This document shows positions 25,391-38,159 of a stretch of DNA of 64,000 nt, one piece after another. Both the position numbers and the translations under genes were made by a program. Below the pieces are notes generated by a model. That model was not told the DNA's origin. It made no database searches and saw only the letters and a program-made list of their open reading frames with translations. Source of the stretch: Oikopleura dioica (Eukaryota > Animalia > Chordata); assembly GCA_907165135.1 (NCBI GenBank), contig OU015566.1, forward strand, positions 11,408,001 to 11,472,000. Reading direction: 5' to 3'. How positions within the stretch are numbered: position 1 is the stretch's first letter; the number at the start of each line of letters is the position of its first letter.

Positions 25391-27916
25391 TCAAACCTCA
25401 TCTGAACATGTCACTTCCGAGTCAAAAACTCCTCTTTGACTCTTTTTGCAAATAAAACTCTTCAAAAAGTTACTTACCTTGTCTTATTCTCGCCTGGTTT
25501 TGGCAGACACAGTTGAGAAGAAACAGGACTTGGACGGAAAGGCGGTAATCCGTTGACTTCTGATAAGATAGGCGTCGATTGCAATTTAGAAAGAAGATTT
25601 CCGACGGAGAAATCGCCGGCGAGACTTGGTGCTACGGAATGTGTTGATTGAGTTGTGTGCGCGCGCTGGGCCGCAATTTGTTGAGCGTAAGGGTTCGAAG
25701 AAGGATCAGACGGTCTTTGAGCGTTGAGTTGTTTGTTCTGATCAAAAGGGTTTACTTATATGTCGATTGGAAAAGTTTTTCTTGAGGAAATATTTAATCT
25801 TACTTTTCTCGGATAATGGTCACTAGGTGGGGAAATTTGACTGCACATAAAAGCCTCTACACGAAACTCATGAAATCCGAAGTTTTATGGAATCATTAAT
25901 TTTTGCTTCACTAACACCTGATGCTTCAAAGCGTATAAACCCTTGACAAGTACTGTATAACTTTATCATCCTGCGAGTTTTTATTCACCGCCGCTTCGAG
26001 CTTCTCTCTCATTGATTCTAGCTCGCCAGAGATTTCAGTCTGTTTTGCTTCCAATCTCTGTTTTACTTCACTGTCTTGTCTGAGTTTTGTCGCCAATTTC
26101 TGTTGAAAAACGATAAGAATAAATTCATGAAGAGGCGAGTACCTTGATATCTGAGTCTTTATCAGTGAGAAGCTTCTCTTGTTTTTTGATGATTTCGCTG
26201 TTTCGGCGGTATTTTTCTTTTAATGTTTTCGACTCTAGAATGAGAGAAAATGAGACACTGCTAACAACCAGTAGCGTCAGAGGACACTTGGCTTTCAAGG
26301 GCAAATAAATTGACCGTAACTCACCATCCATTTTTCTGCTGATTATTTCATTGGCCTTGGCAAGATCAGCGACCAAAACTTCGTTATCTCTCTCTAATTT
26401 GTGACATTGACCCTGTATTTGCTGCAATTTCTCATCCTTAGACGCTTGTTGGTCCTCTGCCGTACGGGTTTGGTAACTCATTCGGCTGATGTTGGTCTTT
26501 AATTCATTGATTTCTAACGTTTTGGCGGCCAGCTCGCTTTTCAGGGCAAAAAGCTGCTCTTCGCGGCTATAAATAACTTAGTATAGGTAGAAGTAACCAC
26601 TTTTTTTGAAAGGGGTGAATCGAGGAAAATCGATATTTTATGATTTTAAATATGTATTATTCAGATAGGGATACTCTTCCTTGATTTCAGTCTTTGTCGG
26701 ATTGACCTTGTTTAACCCTTTTTGAAAGAACCACTTCAATAATTCATTTTTCAATCGATATATTACGATGGTTCTGCATAAGAATACATAAGTGGGTTAA
26801 TCACCTTTGAGCCTTTTTGTCGAGCTCGTTTTTGTACTGTTCGGATTTCTGATTCTCGTGGCTAATTCTCGACTGTTCATGCGTGAGCTGATCGATTCTA
26901 ATCTTCTGCTCCCTCACCGTGTTTTCAGCGCGGATCTAAATCAGTCTCAGCATGCAATAAATCGAGATTGATGCTCTTCTGCTTTTACTGTAAGTACACT
27001 AGTTGAATACCTTTTTTTGGGAAAGCTCTTCCTTGATATTTTCCAAGTCAGAAATTTTCACTTCGAATCTTCGTCTTTCAGCTTCAAATGCGCTTTCCAG
27101 TGATCCTGTTTTCGCATCGAAATCGACCCTTTTTTATTAAATTTATCAGTCTTTATAAGAAAAGTAAATATTACCTGGCGTCCTGCTCTGCCTTGAGCGC
27201 TTTTCTCTTTTCCTCGTTGATTTTAGCTTCATACTCTAGCCGGATCTCTTCAGCTTTTCCTTCGCCCCTAATCTTGAGCGATTCCAATTCATTATTTATG
27301 TCCTCCAGTCGCTGCGTTGTCTCGCTTAGTTGCTTCTGAAGCTGGTCAATTTTCGTCTCATTTCTGTGCTTCTGAAAACGGGTTCATTCTCCTTCGAATT
27401 ATTAAGAATTTTACCATTTCAGCCGACTCTGTCTGTAATTGCTTTAACGACGAGGCCAAGTAAACTTTTTGTTCGGAGTCATTAGCCGGCGTTAATTCCA
27501 AATTGAGCTCTGTTATGTTTCGTATTTTGCGAGGTTCGACGATCGCCAAGTTCGCGCGGAGAGTTTGACATGTGACTTCGATGCGTTTTGAAGGGTTTGA
27601 GTCGGTTGTTTCGTTGATCAGCTCGATTAAAATTGATGGGAATGTGTGGAAGTCTATTGACAGCTGCTGTTCTGCTTTCAGCCTGCGACAATAGAGTTAA
27701 AATGCGTCCATTTGAAAGTACATACAGGTTGTAGTCATTTTCGGCAATGGACTTTGTGTACAAAAAGAAAAAGTCCGTCGGATCTGTCAGACGTATTCTG
27801 TAGGACTTCTCGTGTACTGTGAAATTTTTCTCAATTTCAAGCTTGAGCCAATGTCGAACAACTTGCTCCCTGCTCAAGAGGACATTGACTGTCTTTGAAT
27901 AAAGTATCTCTATCAT
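25391..27916 (-). CDS. SASS6: Centriole cartwheel protein SAS-6
   Basis: IRLTDPTDFFFLYT, LKAEQQLSIDFHTFP, LELTPANDSEQKVYLA, a long coiled coil, VIQYL...NKQLN. The 3' end is approximate. Confidence 0.88.
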
Positions 27917-28525
27917 CCCTTTCCGTTTATTCTGAAAAGAAGCAATTCACTATTTTTGTCATTATCAATCTGCTTGTCAGTGTAATAAGAAGAAGCAAAA
28001 TAGGGTCTTGAATAAGAGGATCGTCCTCTTTTCTTGGATCATCGCCCGATCCCTGGGTTCATGCAAATCCAGCTAAAAGGGGTTGTTCTTGATTCTCATG
28101 AGAATCAAACACCTCCAAAAGGCATCATTCTAGAGCTGAATTAATGAAATTACATGCCTTTTTCATGCAAAGAAACTTTGATCATCAATAGAAAATATAG
28201 AATGGAACTCATCTCATCTCAGTTGGAAATTAAAACTGGAAGATTGATTGATTATGAAACGATTTTCAATCATGACAGAAGTTTGGACAAAGAGGACCTT
28301 CGGGCACCTTTACAGCAACTGGGAATGACAAAGACTTTTGTAGTCGAGCGTATTTTATGATAGAATCAGAAGTAAAACCGAGCAGAGAAAATTAATAGCA
28401 GCAGGGAATCAGAGAGGAAATTAAACAAACAGAAAGTTGATTTTATTTTTGTTGAATATGAATTAAGAATTAGTTTTGTATTGCTGAAGAGAAAAGAAAT
28501 ATGCGGATGGTAAGGACTGTTAGAT

Positions 28526-29705
28526 TTAGTTGTCGAGTCGTAGAAGACGTTCTGCTTCATCAAGTCGGAGTTTTGCGTATTGCACGTAGTCGAAATCCAG
28601 AACGCTGGCTTCGATTTGAACCATGCTCCAAGTTCCCCAAAAGTAGTGGGAAAGCGGCATCATTTGTTTGACGGAATGAAGCCAAGAGCAGAGCTCTTCT
28701 TTAGTTGCTTCACGATTCAAGAACTCGAGAAGGTATTCCTGGAGCCACCATTTCATGAAGCTCTCGTCTGGGAGGTATTTGAGGTAATCTTCTGGGCCGA
28801 ACTAAAAGAAACGTTATTCAGGACTTTCTTTGAGTCCAGCGCTTACATCATCAGTTCCAACGAATTCATTGAAATGATTGGCGATATCAAATGCCGCTGG
28901 ATTCGGCGCCAGGTATTCGTAGTCGATGATTTTCATCGAAGAAGTTTCTTTATCGTACAAAAAGTTGTTGAGCAAAAGATCGTTGTGGCAAACAACAAGT
29001 GGCGTGGTTTGTTTTTCAAGGGCTTCTTTCGTTCTTTGGATGTAATTTTCGAGCTCTGGCGGGCCTGGAAGTTGGATTTTTCTGCGAGCGGCTTCTTTCT
29101 GCACCTAAAAAGTGGAAATATAAATGGGAATTTGATTGAAGGGGTTGAACAGTTTCGAGGGAAAAACTTACGTCTGAGTATTGTTCAGGAATGAGCGAAA
29201 TGAACTGCCGCATTTGCCTTATCAGTTCTGGCTCAGTTTCAGTGGCCAAAAGCTTTGTTTTCTTGTGCATTTGTGCCATTGCTCTGGCGACATGGCTTGC
29301 CACTTCGTTGGTTTTGATGGTATCCCTATGCAGAGTAGATCCTTTGATGGGCCTCATAACCAAACCGTTTTTAAAAGTCGCAATCAGTTGATCAGCAATG
29401 CCAGCTGCGGATAAACGCTCAAAAGCGACGAGTTCTTTTTCGCGATCTAAAAAGCCGGCTACTCCGTTGACTCGGACAACGACGGAGTCTTCGTCTTCCC
29501 GGGACTTGATGAAGAAGTGAGAGACCGTGTTCGTCATGCTGTGGGAGTAACACTTGCTCTTTAGCTGACTGAGATCCCAATCCGGCCGCACTATGAAATG
29601 GAAATTGAGATAAAGTTAGCTGTTTGGAAAAATCTTACCTTTTTCAATGACTTTTGATGCCTCTTCATTTTCGATTCCGTTTAGCTCAATATCTAGTATC
29701 AGCAT
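28526..29705 (-). CDS. ETNK1: Ethanolamine kinase
   Basis: VVVRVNG...FLDREKE, CHNDLLLNN (Brenner motif), IDYEY, AFDIANHFNEF, SHYFWGTWSMVQ...DFDYVQYA. ETNK1 versus ETNK2 not resolvable. Confidence 0.93.
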
Positions 29706-29802
29706 TTTAAGTCGTCGCCGCTTATCTCCGCTTTAAAATTATCGGAATCTAAAAAGGTGGTTTGAATTTCCTTTGTATAGAAAAACCTCTTTGCTGAGAC
29801 TA

Positions 29803-29880
29803 CAGTAAGACTGGTTTGGAATCTAGCTTGAGCCAGCTCAGGCTAAGCTGTATGAGACTCATACTATGAGTTTCTTACTG
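29803..29880. mobile_element. 78-bp Tc1/mariner-type mini-MITE
   Basis: TA|CAGTAAGA...TCTTACTG|TA termini, with two internal hairpins. Confidence 0.55.
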
Positions 29881-30674
29881 TAGTAAGACAAACACTGACT
29901 TTTAAATGAAGAAATACGATTTGTCGTAATATATATTTTCAGTGTATTGATTCAACTTTGATATGAAATTGTTGTGGTCGCAAAAAGAGATCACTATCCG
30001 CGCCAATGTTCGGAATTCATTGATTGACTAGAGTTAAATGTAATTGGCTCGGACCCGAGGAGAAATACGAGAAAAGGGGATGAAATAGAATTTAGGCTTG
30101 ACAAGTTTCGGGGCTCAGTTGAAAATATTAAGTGTGGGTGAAATGGTACAAGAAGTGCTAAGGTGAAATTCAATTCATGTACAAGTCAAACTTGCCTTAC
30201 ATAAGTCAGAAGTTTATAGAAGACGTTTTTTAGCCGGATGTCAACAGATGTCACGACAGGTCAAAGGAGTCTCGAGACATTTAGAATGCATTATGAGGCT
30301 GATAAAGACATCTACTCGTAAAATTTTGCTGTTTTCTTGTATTTTAATGAACTTGAGGAATATTTCTTGTATGAACGTGGCGGGAAAATTGAACTGGGAA
30401 AGCTTAACGTTCTGTGGAGTTGGTTTTTGGTCTTTACGGAGATGAGGGAAAAAGCTGACTTGAACAGTAGTTGTGCAGTAGAATAAAAGTAGAAATATGA
30501 ATTGCGCACGATTTATTTTGCACGATTGATGGCAGTGCCACAGGATACATGTCGACTGTTTGTTGAAAGAATCGATCAGAATAGAAATTAGAATAATAAA
30601 AAATATTATTTTTAACAAGCAAGCTGCTTCAAAATTCGGTCCAAATTCAGGTTGAGTTGTCATCGTTGCTTCTT

Positions 30675-32652
30675 TTAGTTTTTAGCGTCGAAAATGTACA
30701 AATTATTTGTCGCGGCCACAGCTAAAAACAGGTAAGGGTTTGAGTTAAGCTCAAGATTTTGGAGAGCTGGGAAACGAAAACTTGTTCTTACGGTAAGAAT
30801 CTTACCAATAATATTTTCCTGCGGGTGCCACGCTGAATGAAGGACTTTTTTGTTGTAATTCAGGGAGTCGACCAAGACTTCGTCTTTCTTCTTTTTCGTT
30901 CCCTGGAAAACCTGAAAAATAATTACAATTAGACAAGTACAACAACTTGTCTTGCTCACTTTTTTGGGCTTGAGGAGTCCTCGGGGTTTGATGTTGTCCT
31001 TGGAAGCTTCCAGCGTGATGTCCTTCTTTGAGTTGCAGTCAAAGATGCGGAAAAAGTTATTGTATGAGCCGGTCATAATTTGCCTGAATCGTAAAATCAG
31101 AATTTGTTTATAAACATGATCGCTTACTGGTCATTTCCGCTCCAACAGCATTCAAACTTGTCGAAGATGCAATCGTTTTCGTACAAATTGCACAGCTTGG
31201 ACGTCAGATATTGATGAACCTGAAGGATGTTTCAAAATAAACTGGGGGTTTTCGAAAAGAACGTACCGGAAAAGACATGACAGGCTTGTTCTCCATGGCA
31301 AGATCCCAAACTTTGACGGTCAAATAGTCACGTGAGAGAAGATATCTTCCGTCGTGCGAAAATTTCACATCGGATATCGTTCCAATGATTTCAGAGAAGA
31401 AACTTCGTTGATTAGGCTCTTCTGGCTCGTCGAATTCTGAATGAAAATGAATTACCGAAGATAAAAGGTGAGAGTGTTGCTTACGTTTAGCATGCTTGTC
31501 ACAGAGTGCCCGATCTCGCATGTCACAGAGGCGGATAGTTCCTTTCGAAGAACTGTAAACAAGGGTACTACAGTCGGTAGGGTGGAATTCAGAGGCAGTG
31601 ATCACCTCGGCCAGATCTTCCATATTAGCAGGTTTGATATCAATAATATCTAAATTGTTTTTACAGACGAGGAAAGCTGAAAGAGGCTTACTAAAGGATC
31701 GATCGGTTATTTCGAGGTTCCAGAGGTTCACGCGCAAATCGTCGGCGGATAGATACGTATCGTTATCGGAATTTACACTGAAAACGTAGGTGAAGATGGA
31801 TAAAGAAGGTGTGAGCAGGAGTACCTAATAGAATTGACATGATAAGCATGGGCATTGGCATAAATCTTCTTTGGAGCTGCCTCTACGATCAGCTCACTTT
31901 GTTGATACCTATACAAATGCTTAAAAAGGGGGAACTCGGCGAGGTAGAACTTGTTAGATGCCGAACTTACTTTGGGACGGTTAACCTGGTTAAATAACTG
32001 TTGGTCCTCAGCATTGATCCATCTTCTTCTTTTAGGTTGTAGCCATTCACTGATTTTTCACGCTCGGAAACCTACAATAACCAAAATATTAGTAGGGAGA
32101 ATATTTAGTGATATTTACCTTCCACAACTTTATCGTCTTGTCATTTGTCGACAGTAAAAAGTGGGCAGCATTTCGACGAGGAAGCCATCGAATTTTATTA
32201 ATCTAAATTGAATAGAAATGAAGGATGTAAATTAAAGGTGGCTCTTTTACTTTTTCTTCAATTTCTAAAGACTTGAGGTAATCGAATTCGGCTTCGTGCG
32301 ATTGGAATGTACTGTAGACGTTATATTCGCTCGAGCGCTTGCCCGTCGTTTGATTCTAAAGAAACTTGCTTGAAAATGTTGCGAAAAAGTGGCTTACAGT
32401 TAGATCATTTCTTTGAAAGATGACAACTCTTCCACCCTTATCTCCAGTCGCGAGGAGCTCTCCGTCGTGATTGAATTCCACAGCGGATATGATGTCGGCT
32501 ACAGGAACAAACATTAAGTATTACAGTTCATCCAATTGATCAGGGGAGATTAGGGCCAATGTTTCAAAATCTATACCTTCCTGAGCCTCATCGTACAGTG
32601 CTCCTTTTACTTGACTGAAATACCATGACATGTCGCCACCTGAGGTGGCCAT
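30675..32652 (-). CDS. PPP2R2A: PP2A regulatory subunit B55
   Basis: [91 protein letters not shown]. Confidence 0.96.
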
Positions 32653-32954
32653 CCCTTATTGCCGCTTGATTCTGAAAATATATTGTTCATAAAGCCGAAA
32701 GTAACCGTATAAGGGAGTGTTTGTAATTTCAGTACATAAGCACAGTACAAGCACAAATAAAAATTGTAACTATCAGAATAGAACTTTGAGTTTGACAGTT
32801 GTTTGCAGCAAGATTCAGCGAATAACTAGTTTGAATTGCTGATAAAGGTGCAGAAGTGGTAGATAATTTTCCTAGATATGTTTTGACATTTTAAGATACC
32901 GGAACTTTGATTTGCTGAAGTTCAACAGTAACTGAAGAACAGAAGAGATTCAAT

Positions 32955-34097
32955 CTATTTAACATGCTTCCAGTGCCATAAACCATCATTTAGGCAGTGA
33001 TTCACAGCGATTCCGACACCTAAAGAATGATAAATAAACCCGAGTTTGCTTCAGCTTAAAATTCACCTTTGTTAACATCTTTAATCTCTTTGGGAGTCAT
33101 TGCCATCGTGCCGACGGCGATCGCCAGCTCTTTTCCTTCACAATGGACCTACAAAATCGCCTCAATTATATGTCAAATTACAGTCGTTCTGCAAATGCTT
33201 AGCCTCGTTATTGTTTTCTACCTGAACTCCAGCTCCTTTTTCTGTTTCCATATCGAGAAAAGCTCCCTTTGAAGTGAGACCGGGACACATAATGTCGGCT
33301 CCGCTCAGAATAAATTTAATCGCACCCTGGGGAGAGGATTTTCAATTTTAAACTCAGACTGTATGATCAATTGCCAATTGGCAATCGCCTATTGAGAATC
33401 GGAGGCTAAAAGACAAACTTGAACTTGAAGCAAGCCTTTTACTCTAGAAAACTATTTTAAACCAGGATTTTCTACCCATTTTAAGATGAAATTTATAATC
33501 CTCGTTCCTCATCAACTTGCTGAATCGGCAGCAGGAATGGATACTTGTGCAGCAATCGAATATTCGGCAGCCATTGGGAATCCCGACATTTGAAGAAAAT
33601 CGGCTCGTGATCGACAACTAGAACTTCCACTTTTTCGTGCGTTTTCGCCAAACGTGCTGGTTCTTTCTTCGGCCAAATTTCGGTGAAATAAGGTTCGAAT
33701 GTCGGGTAGGTATCAATTATCTGAAACAAAAAATGTAAAGAATAGAAAATGATGGAATAAAAATCGATTCTGACTTAATTTGTTTTCCACGAGAAGTCGA
33801 TAAAATGACAGAATTGATTGTTTTTCCTACAGATGTCTGCGAAAAACGTCGGTGAATACCAATTTGGACTGATAATTCAAGGAAAAAACGGTCAATTCTC
33901 AGTGAATGTCGGTCATTTATGAAATTATGTTTAAAAGTAAGCGTCGTTCCCGTTTTACAAACAGGAAACTTTTGGCATAATAATTCTTTTTGTTCGTTGA
34001 AAAGATTAAGTACCTGATTCCTGATATTCTTCTGCACAGAACTCTTCAACTGGGTCACCGTGGAAACCGATTCCTTCTCATCAAACTTCCGAAACAT
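32955..34097 (-). CDS. MCTS1: MCTS1 translation re-initiation factor
   Basis: MFRKFDEKESVS...QLKSSVQK, RLLHKYPFLLPIQQVDE|GAIKFILSGADIMCPGLTS, HCLNDGLWH. Confidence 0.96.
33327..33507 (-). other. Non-canonical GA-AG intron in MCTS1
   Basis: gaacg...ccccag must be removed to join QQVDE to GAIKF, a conserved MCTS1 segment. Confidence 0.8.
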
Positions 34098-35538
34098 TCT
34101 GTCAAACAAATAAATCAATATAAGCAAATTAAAAAAAACAAAATACACGATGAAAGACGTCGTATCAAGCGGTCTTCTAGAGCTGAATCTCTTTGTCAGT
34201 AAAAATACTGGAATTTCCAACTTCCCACCCTGCAAACTAAAAATCTCTCCCCCTCTTGAACCAATCAGCGCTCGTTTCGCTGGAAAGAAAATCGAAGAAA
34301 ATCAGTTTTTTGATGTTTATTTTATTTCGCTTTCAAATTTGGCGAGATTTGAGAAGCAGATTGGACTGTTTTTGCTTGTAGAAATTTCAGTTGGAGGATT
34401 TTGTCTTCCAAGGCGGGCGGAGGAGCTCAGGCGAAGGAAGACAGGGACGTTGAAGGAAGAATCGGGAAGTTTTACGGCGACGATTTTAAAATGTCAAAGT
34501 CTAAACTGGCGCGACGGGAGGCGGTCGTAGAATCTGAAAAGTGTCTGATAGCCAAGAAAAAATCAAAAATTGGAACGATCTTTAGAATCGCTGTGCTCTT
34601 CAGGGTTCAGTCTCATTTTACTATTTAATACTGTATCAGTGATATAGTATCAGTAATACTTTATCATTTAAGGGAATAGTAGAATACCTCGACAAAAAGT
34701 TTCAACCCATTTATATCTGAAAAATGCCATCTAGTGACTGCAACCTGAAATTCTTTGGACCATAAAATCCACAAACAGGAAATTTCTTCGCATGAAAAAA
34801 CATCGTTTCAGATGAACAAACCTTTGTTGCAGTAAATAAGCGCGATGCAAATGCCAGCAAGGAACATGATTCCCATCTGAAATGTTAAATTTAGTCAAGA
34901 GCTTTACTGAAATTCGGTATTTTGCCGGAGATATGTCGCTCTTCTATGTCTTCATGATTGAGATTTGCGTTGACTTACCACTGAGAAAATGACAGTAAGA
35001 CTAACGTAGCGGTGGAATTCGTCGTCGTTGAAGTTGCTGTCCTGCATCTTGCAATGAATCGCCTTTTCAGTTGAGTCCTGTTGTTTCTTCTTCGGGAAAA
35101 TCTCTACAGAAAATCTTATCCTTTGACGTAGAAAGAGGTAAAACGCTTCAGTTGGGCATTATACATGCATGCAGTGCAGTCCGGCCTCATTGTTCAACTC
35201 CATCGTTTTGATTAATTCGTCGTTAACTGATCGACGAGCCGAATGAAATATATCCGCGATCGATTCCAAATACATCTTTTTGACATTCTTTTAATTAACT
35301 TCTAAGCTTGCCATGTTAACTCGTCATTTTGAAACGTTCATGTTATTGATATAATGATGCTTTTTATGATCTCGTATCCAAATTCGGTTGATCAAACTAA
35401 ACTCTAAAAGCACAAGGGAGTTCTGAAGCATAAGCTCCTTCGCCTTGTTTTTTCTTGAATTCAATAAAAGGGAAAAGTCGTGTTTTTCTTGATTTATCCG
35501 GCTTCAAAATAATTAAAGCTTAATTAAGACTATTTTTG

Positions 35539-36970
35539 ATGAAAAACTTTGAAAAAATGGCAGATTCTTGCGGAAATTGTCAACTCAAGAAAGAGAGTTA
35601 CCAAAAAGAGCTGGATGAAGAAATGCGAAAGCTTGTTACATTCAGAGGACATGGATGTGGAGTGAAACCAGGAGTTAAGGCTAACATTCAGGAAAATATT
35701 GCCTGCGAAGACCCATTCACCGAAGAAGAACTTGTGACTGTCATCAAACTCATGCTGGTTGGAGCGAGAAAAGTTCATTTTACTGTTCGATCCGACATTT
35801 CTGTTACCTTCAATGGCGTCACGATTGAAACCAAAATTGAACGGAAATACTTTGCTCGAACTACAGCATCGATACTGATCTCTACTCCAGATAGAAGTGG
35901 GTAGTATGACCTCAAAATTCGGCCAAGTATAATTTGATTTTTTTATTTTTCCTAACCCTACTCCTAACCCGGGGGCTTCCCCCCCGGGACCCCGCTAGGT
36001 AAAAGTACGCAGTTCCTAGCACTAAGGCCTAACCTAGGGGGCTTCGCCCCCTTGGAACCCCCCCTAACACTAACCTAAAATGGGGGTGGCCGAATTTTGA
36101 GATCAAACTACGTAGTAGTGAGCAAGTAGTGTACATCGCGACAAGTGAGCAAGACGATCTCAAGAAAATTTCCGAGTTGGGAAACGAAGAAATGACTTTC
36201 GTTTTGCGAAAAAAGATGGAAACAATAACATGGGCTATTCACCTTCCTGATGGTTTGAGTACTTCGAACTTCTTGGAGAAAATTTGTGATCCTTGTGCGA
36301 CTTGTAACACAAACAAAAACGAGATTCGAGACTGGTTCTATCTTGAAATGAAGAAAATGATCACTTTCCGTGGTCATGGCAGTCTTTACAACAGCGGAAA
36401 CAACCGTTATCACAACAGTCACAATTTCAACCGCATCGGCCGTTTCAACAGTAAAATTGGTCTTGAAGATGATTCTATTGAGTGGGAAGCATTCGAAGAT
36501 GATGAAATACTGACCTTGCTGAAATTGATCGGTTTTGGAATAACAAAATTCAATTTCACCATAAAAAGTGATTCGGAAATAGATGTTGAATATGAAGGAT
36601 ACCAATTGAAAACACAATTCATGAAACTCATGAGAGACAGGTAAGTCAAATATAAACACGATATAAGTTGCGTAAAATAATCAACACTTTCATCAAGTGG
36701 TTATGAGTTGAAGCTTACGCTCAAGTTTCCTGAAGATTCACAAAAACGAGAATTCACTGCACGTCTACTCGATTATAAGACTCACTGGCTGCTCTCTTCG
36801 ATGATGGAGGAATCAACTGCAACTGTCTGGAGGATGAATGACCCACGAAAAATAACCTGGAGCTGCACCATCCATTCAGACGATTCAGACGAGGTAGGAT
36901 GGTTGACACTTATTAATTTCATCTAGTTTTAAAATATTTTCAGAACGCGGAAAACATGATTATGCATTGA
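35539..36970 (+). CDS. Uncharacterised ~375-aa protein made of two ~180-aa repeats (CxxC...EMxK..TFRGHG)
   Basis: ORFs 35536-35904, 36129-36644 and 36708-36926 join in phase through GT-AG introns. The repeats align: CGNC/CATC, EMRKLVTFRGHG/EMKKMITFRGHG, FTVRSD/FTIKSD, ETITW/KITW. Confidence 0.75.
35904..36108. mobile_element. 205-bp MITE, TA TSD, occupying an intron
   Basis: TIR gtatgacctcaaaattcggcca / tggccgaattttgagatcaaac (20/22 match). Flanking TA at 35902-35903 and 36109-36110. Internal ctaacc repeats and GC hairpins. Confidence 0.85.
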
Positions 36971-37122
36971 TGACAAATTTTGTCAAGAAAAGGTACGACT
37001 TTTTACTTTAAATAACTTTAAATAACTTATTTTCAAACAAAATTTTAAGCTGTGGCTCATACGAAAATTCTGACACACTGGAATTACAATCATGTCATTT
37101 TTCATTGAAATAAAAACAAAAA

Positions 37123-37916
37123 TTAATACAAACAACAATTTGTCGAATCATTTTTCCTCAAATCTTCTTTTGGCACGACAGTATCTTTAGTATCTGATGG
37201 CTTTTCTTTTTGCGTTGCGATTTGATTTGCTGAAATAGATTTTTCCTACTAAATCTATCTGTTTCATTTCTTACCAAAGCTCATGAAAACTTCCACAACA
37301 TTTATTTTCTCCTTCGCCGACGTTTCAATAAATTCCAACTCGTGCACTTCTGCTAATTCCTTTCCTTCTTCGGCCGAGACTTGTCTCTCTTCCTCCAAAT
37401 CAATTTTGTTTCCAACAAGATAAACAATGATGTCCTTGGGCGCTTTTTCTTTCAGCTCTTGAATCCATCTTTCAGCTCGGACATACGACTCTCGTTTAGT
37501 TACATCGTAGACGACAAGCGCCCCGGATGCTTGCCTAAAAATCAGTTTTGAATTTGTTCTCTCTTTCTGCGTTCAGCTGAAAGGAATTTGAAAGGTGCGA
37601 ATAAGTAATTTACCTGTAATACATTGGCGCGAGGGAAGCGTATCTCTCCGCGCCCGCTGTATCCCAAATGTCCAGCCTGATTCTAGCCTCGTCTAAGTCA
37701 AGTGTTTTTGTTAAAAAAGCTGCTCCAATTGTCGCTTCATAATTTTGAAAGTCTCTTCCGCGAAATCGCTCGACAAGGGACGTTTTCCCCGTGCTCGATT
37801 CTCCTTTTTAATTAATTTTTATTTATCGATCATTTCTCTTTACCTATGAGTACCAATTTTGCCAATTTTGAAGGCTTATTAGCTGTAAAACGAATACTTG
37901 CTCTATTGTCGCTCAT
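37123..37916 (-). CDS. Divergent Rab5-family GTPase
   Basis: KLVLIG|[50 protein letters not shown]; ends NCCLY*. Confidence 0.9.
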
Positions 37917-38159
37917 GTCGTGGTGAAGCGTAACTGAGCTTCATTTTTTGTTGTCCTAAGAGTGAATTACTCAGAGTAAACAAAATGCATTCATCAAAAA
38001 AGGAAAGTTGTTATTCATTGAGTTAATATTTGGAAACGCGTTAATTTTACGATGTTTAAATCGCTCGTCTTTATGTTTTTTATGCACCGTCTGAACGTTA
38101 TAACTTATGCAAGTTCAAGAAAAACTTAATTGAACTTTTCTTCGAGGAAAAAGATGGAA

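Noticed and set aside
28154-28360. 68-aa plus ORF and a weak C/D-box-like ATGATT...CTGA on the minus strand
   Set aside because: No splice or homology support; imperfect box C and no terminal stem.
28580-29194. 204-aa plus ORF
   Set aside because: Exact antisense of ETNK exons.
34150-35330. Possible small genes (plus 34401-34628; minus ~34900-35270 MYLESIADIF...)
   Set aside because: Coding-like patches, but no consistent in-phase exon chain could be built.
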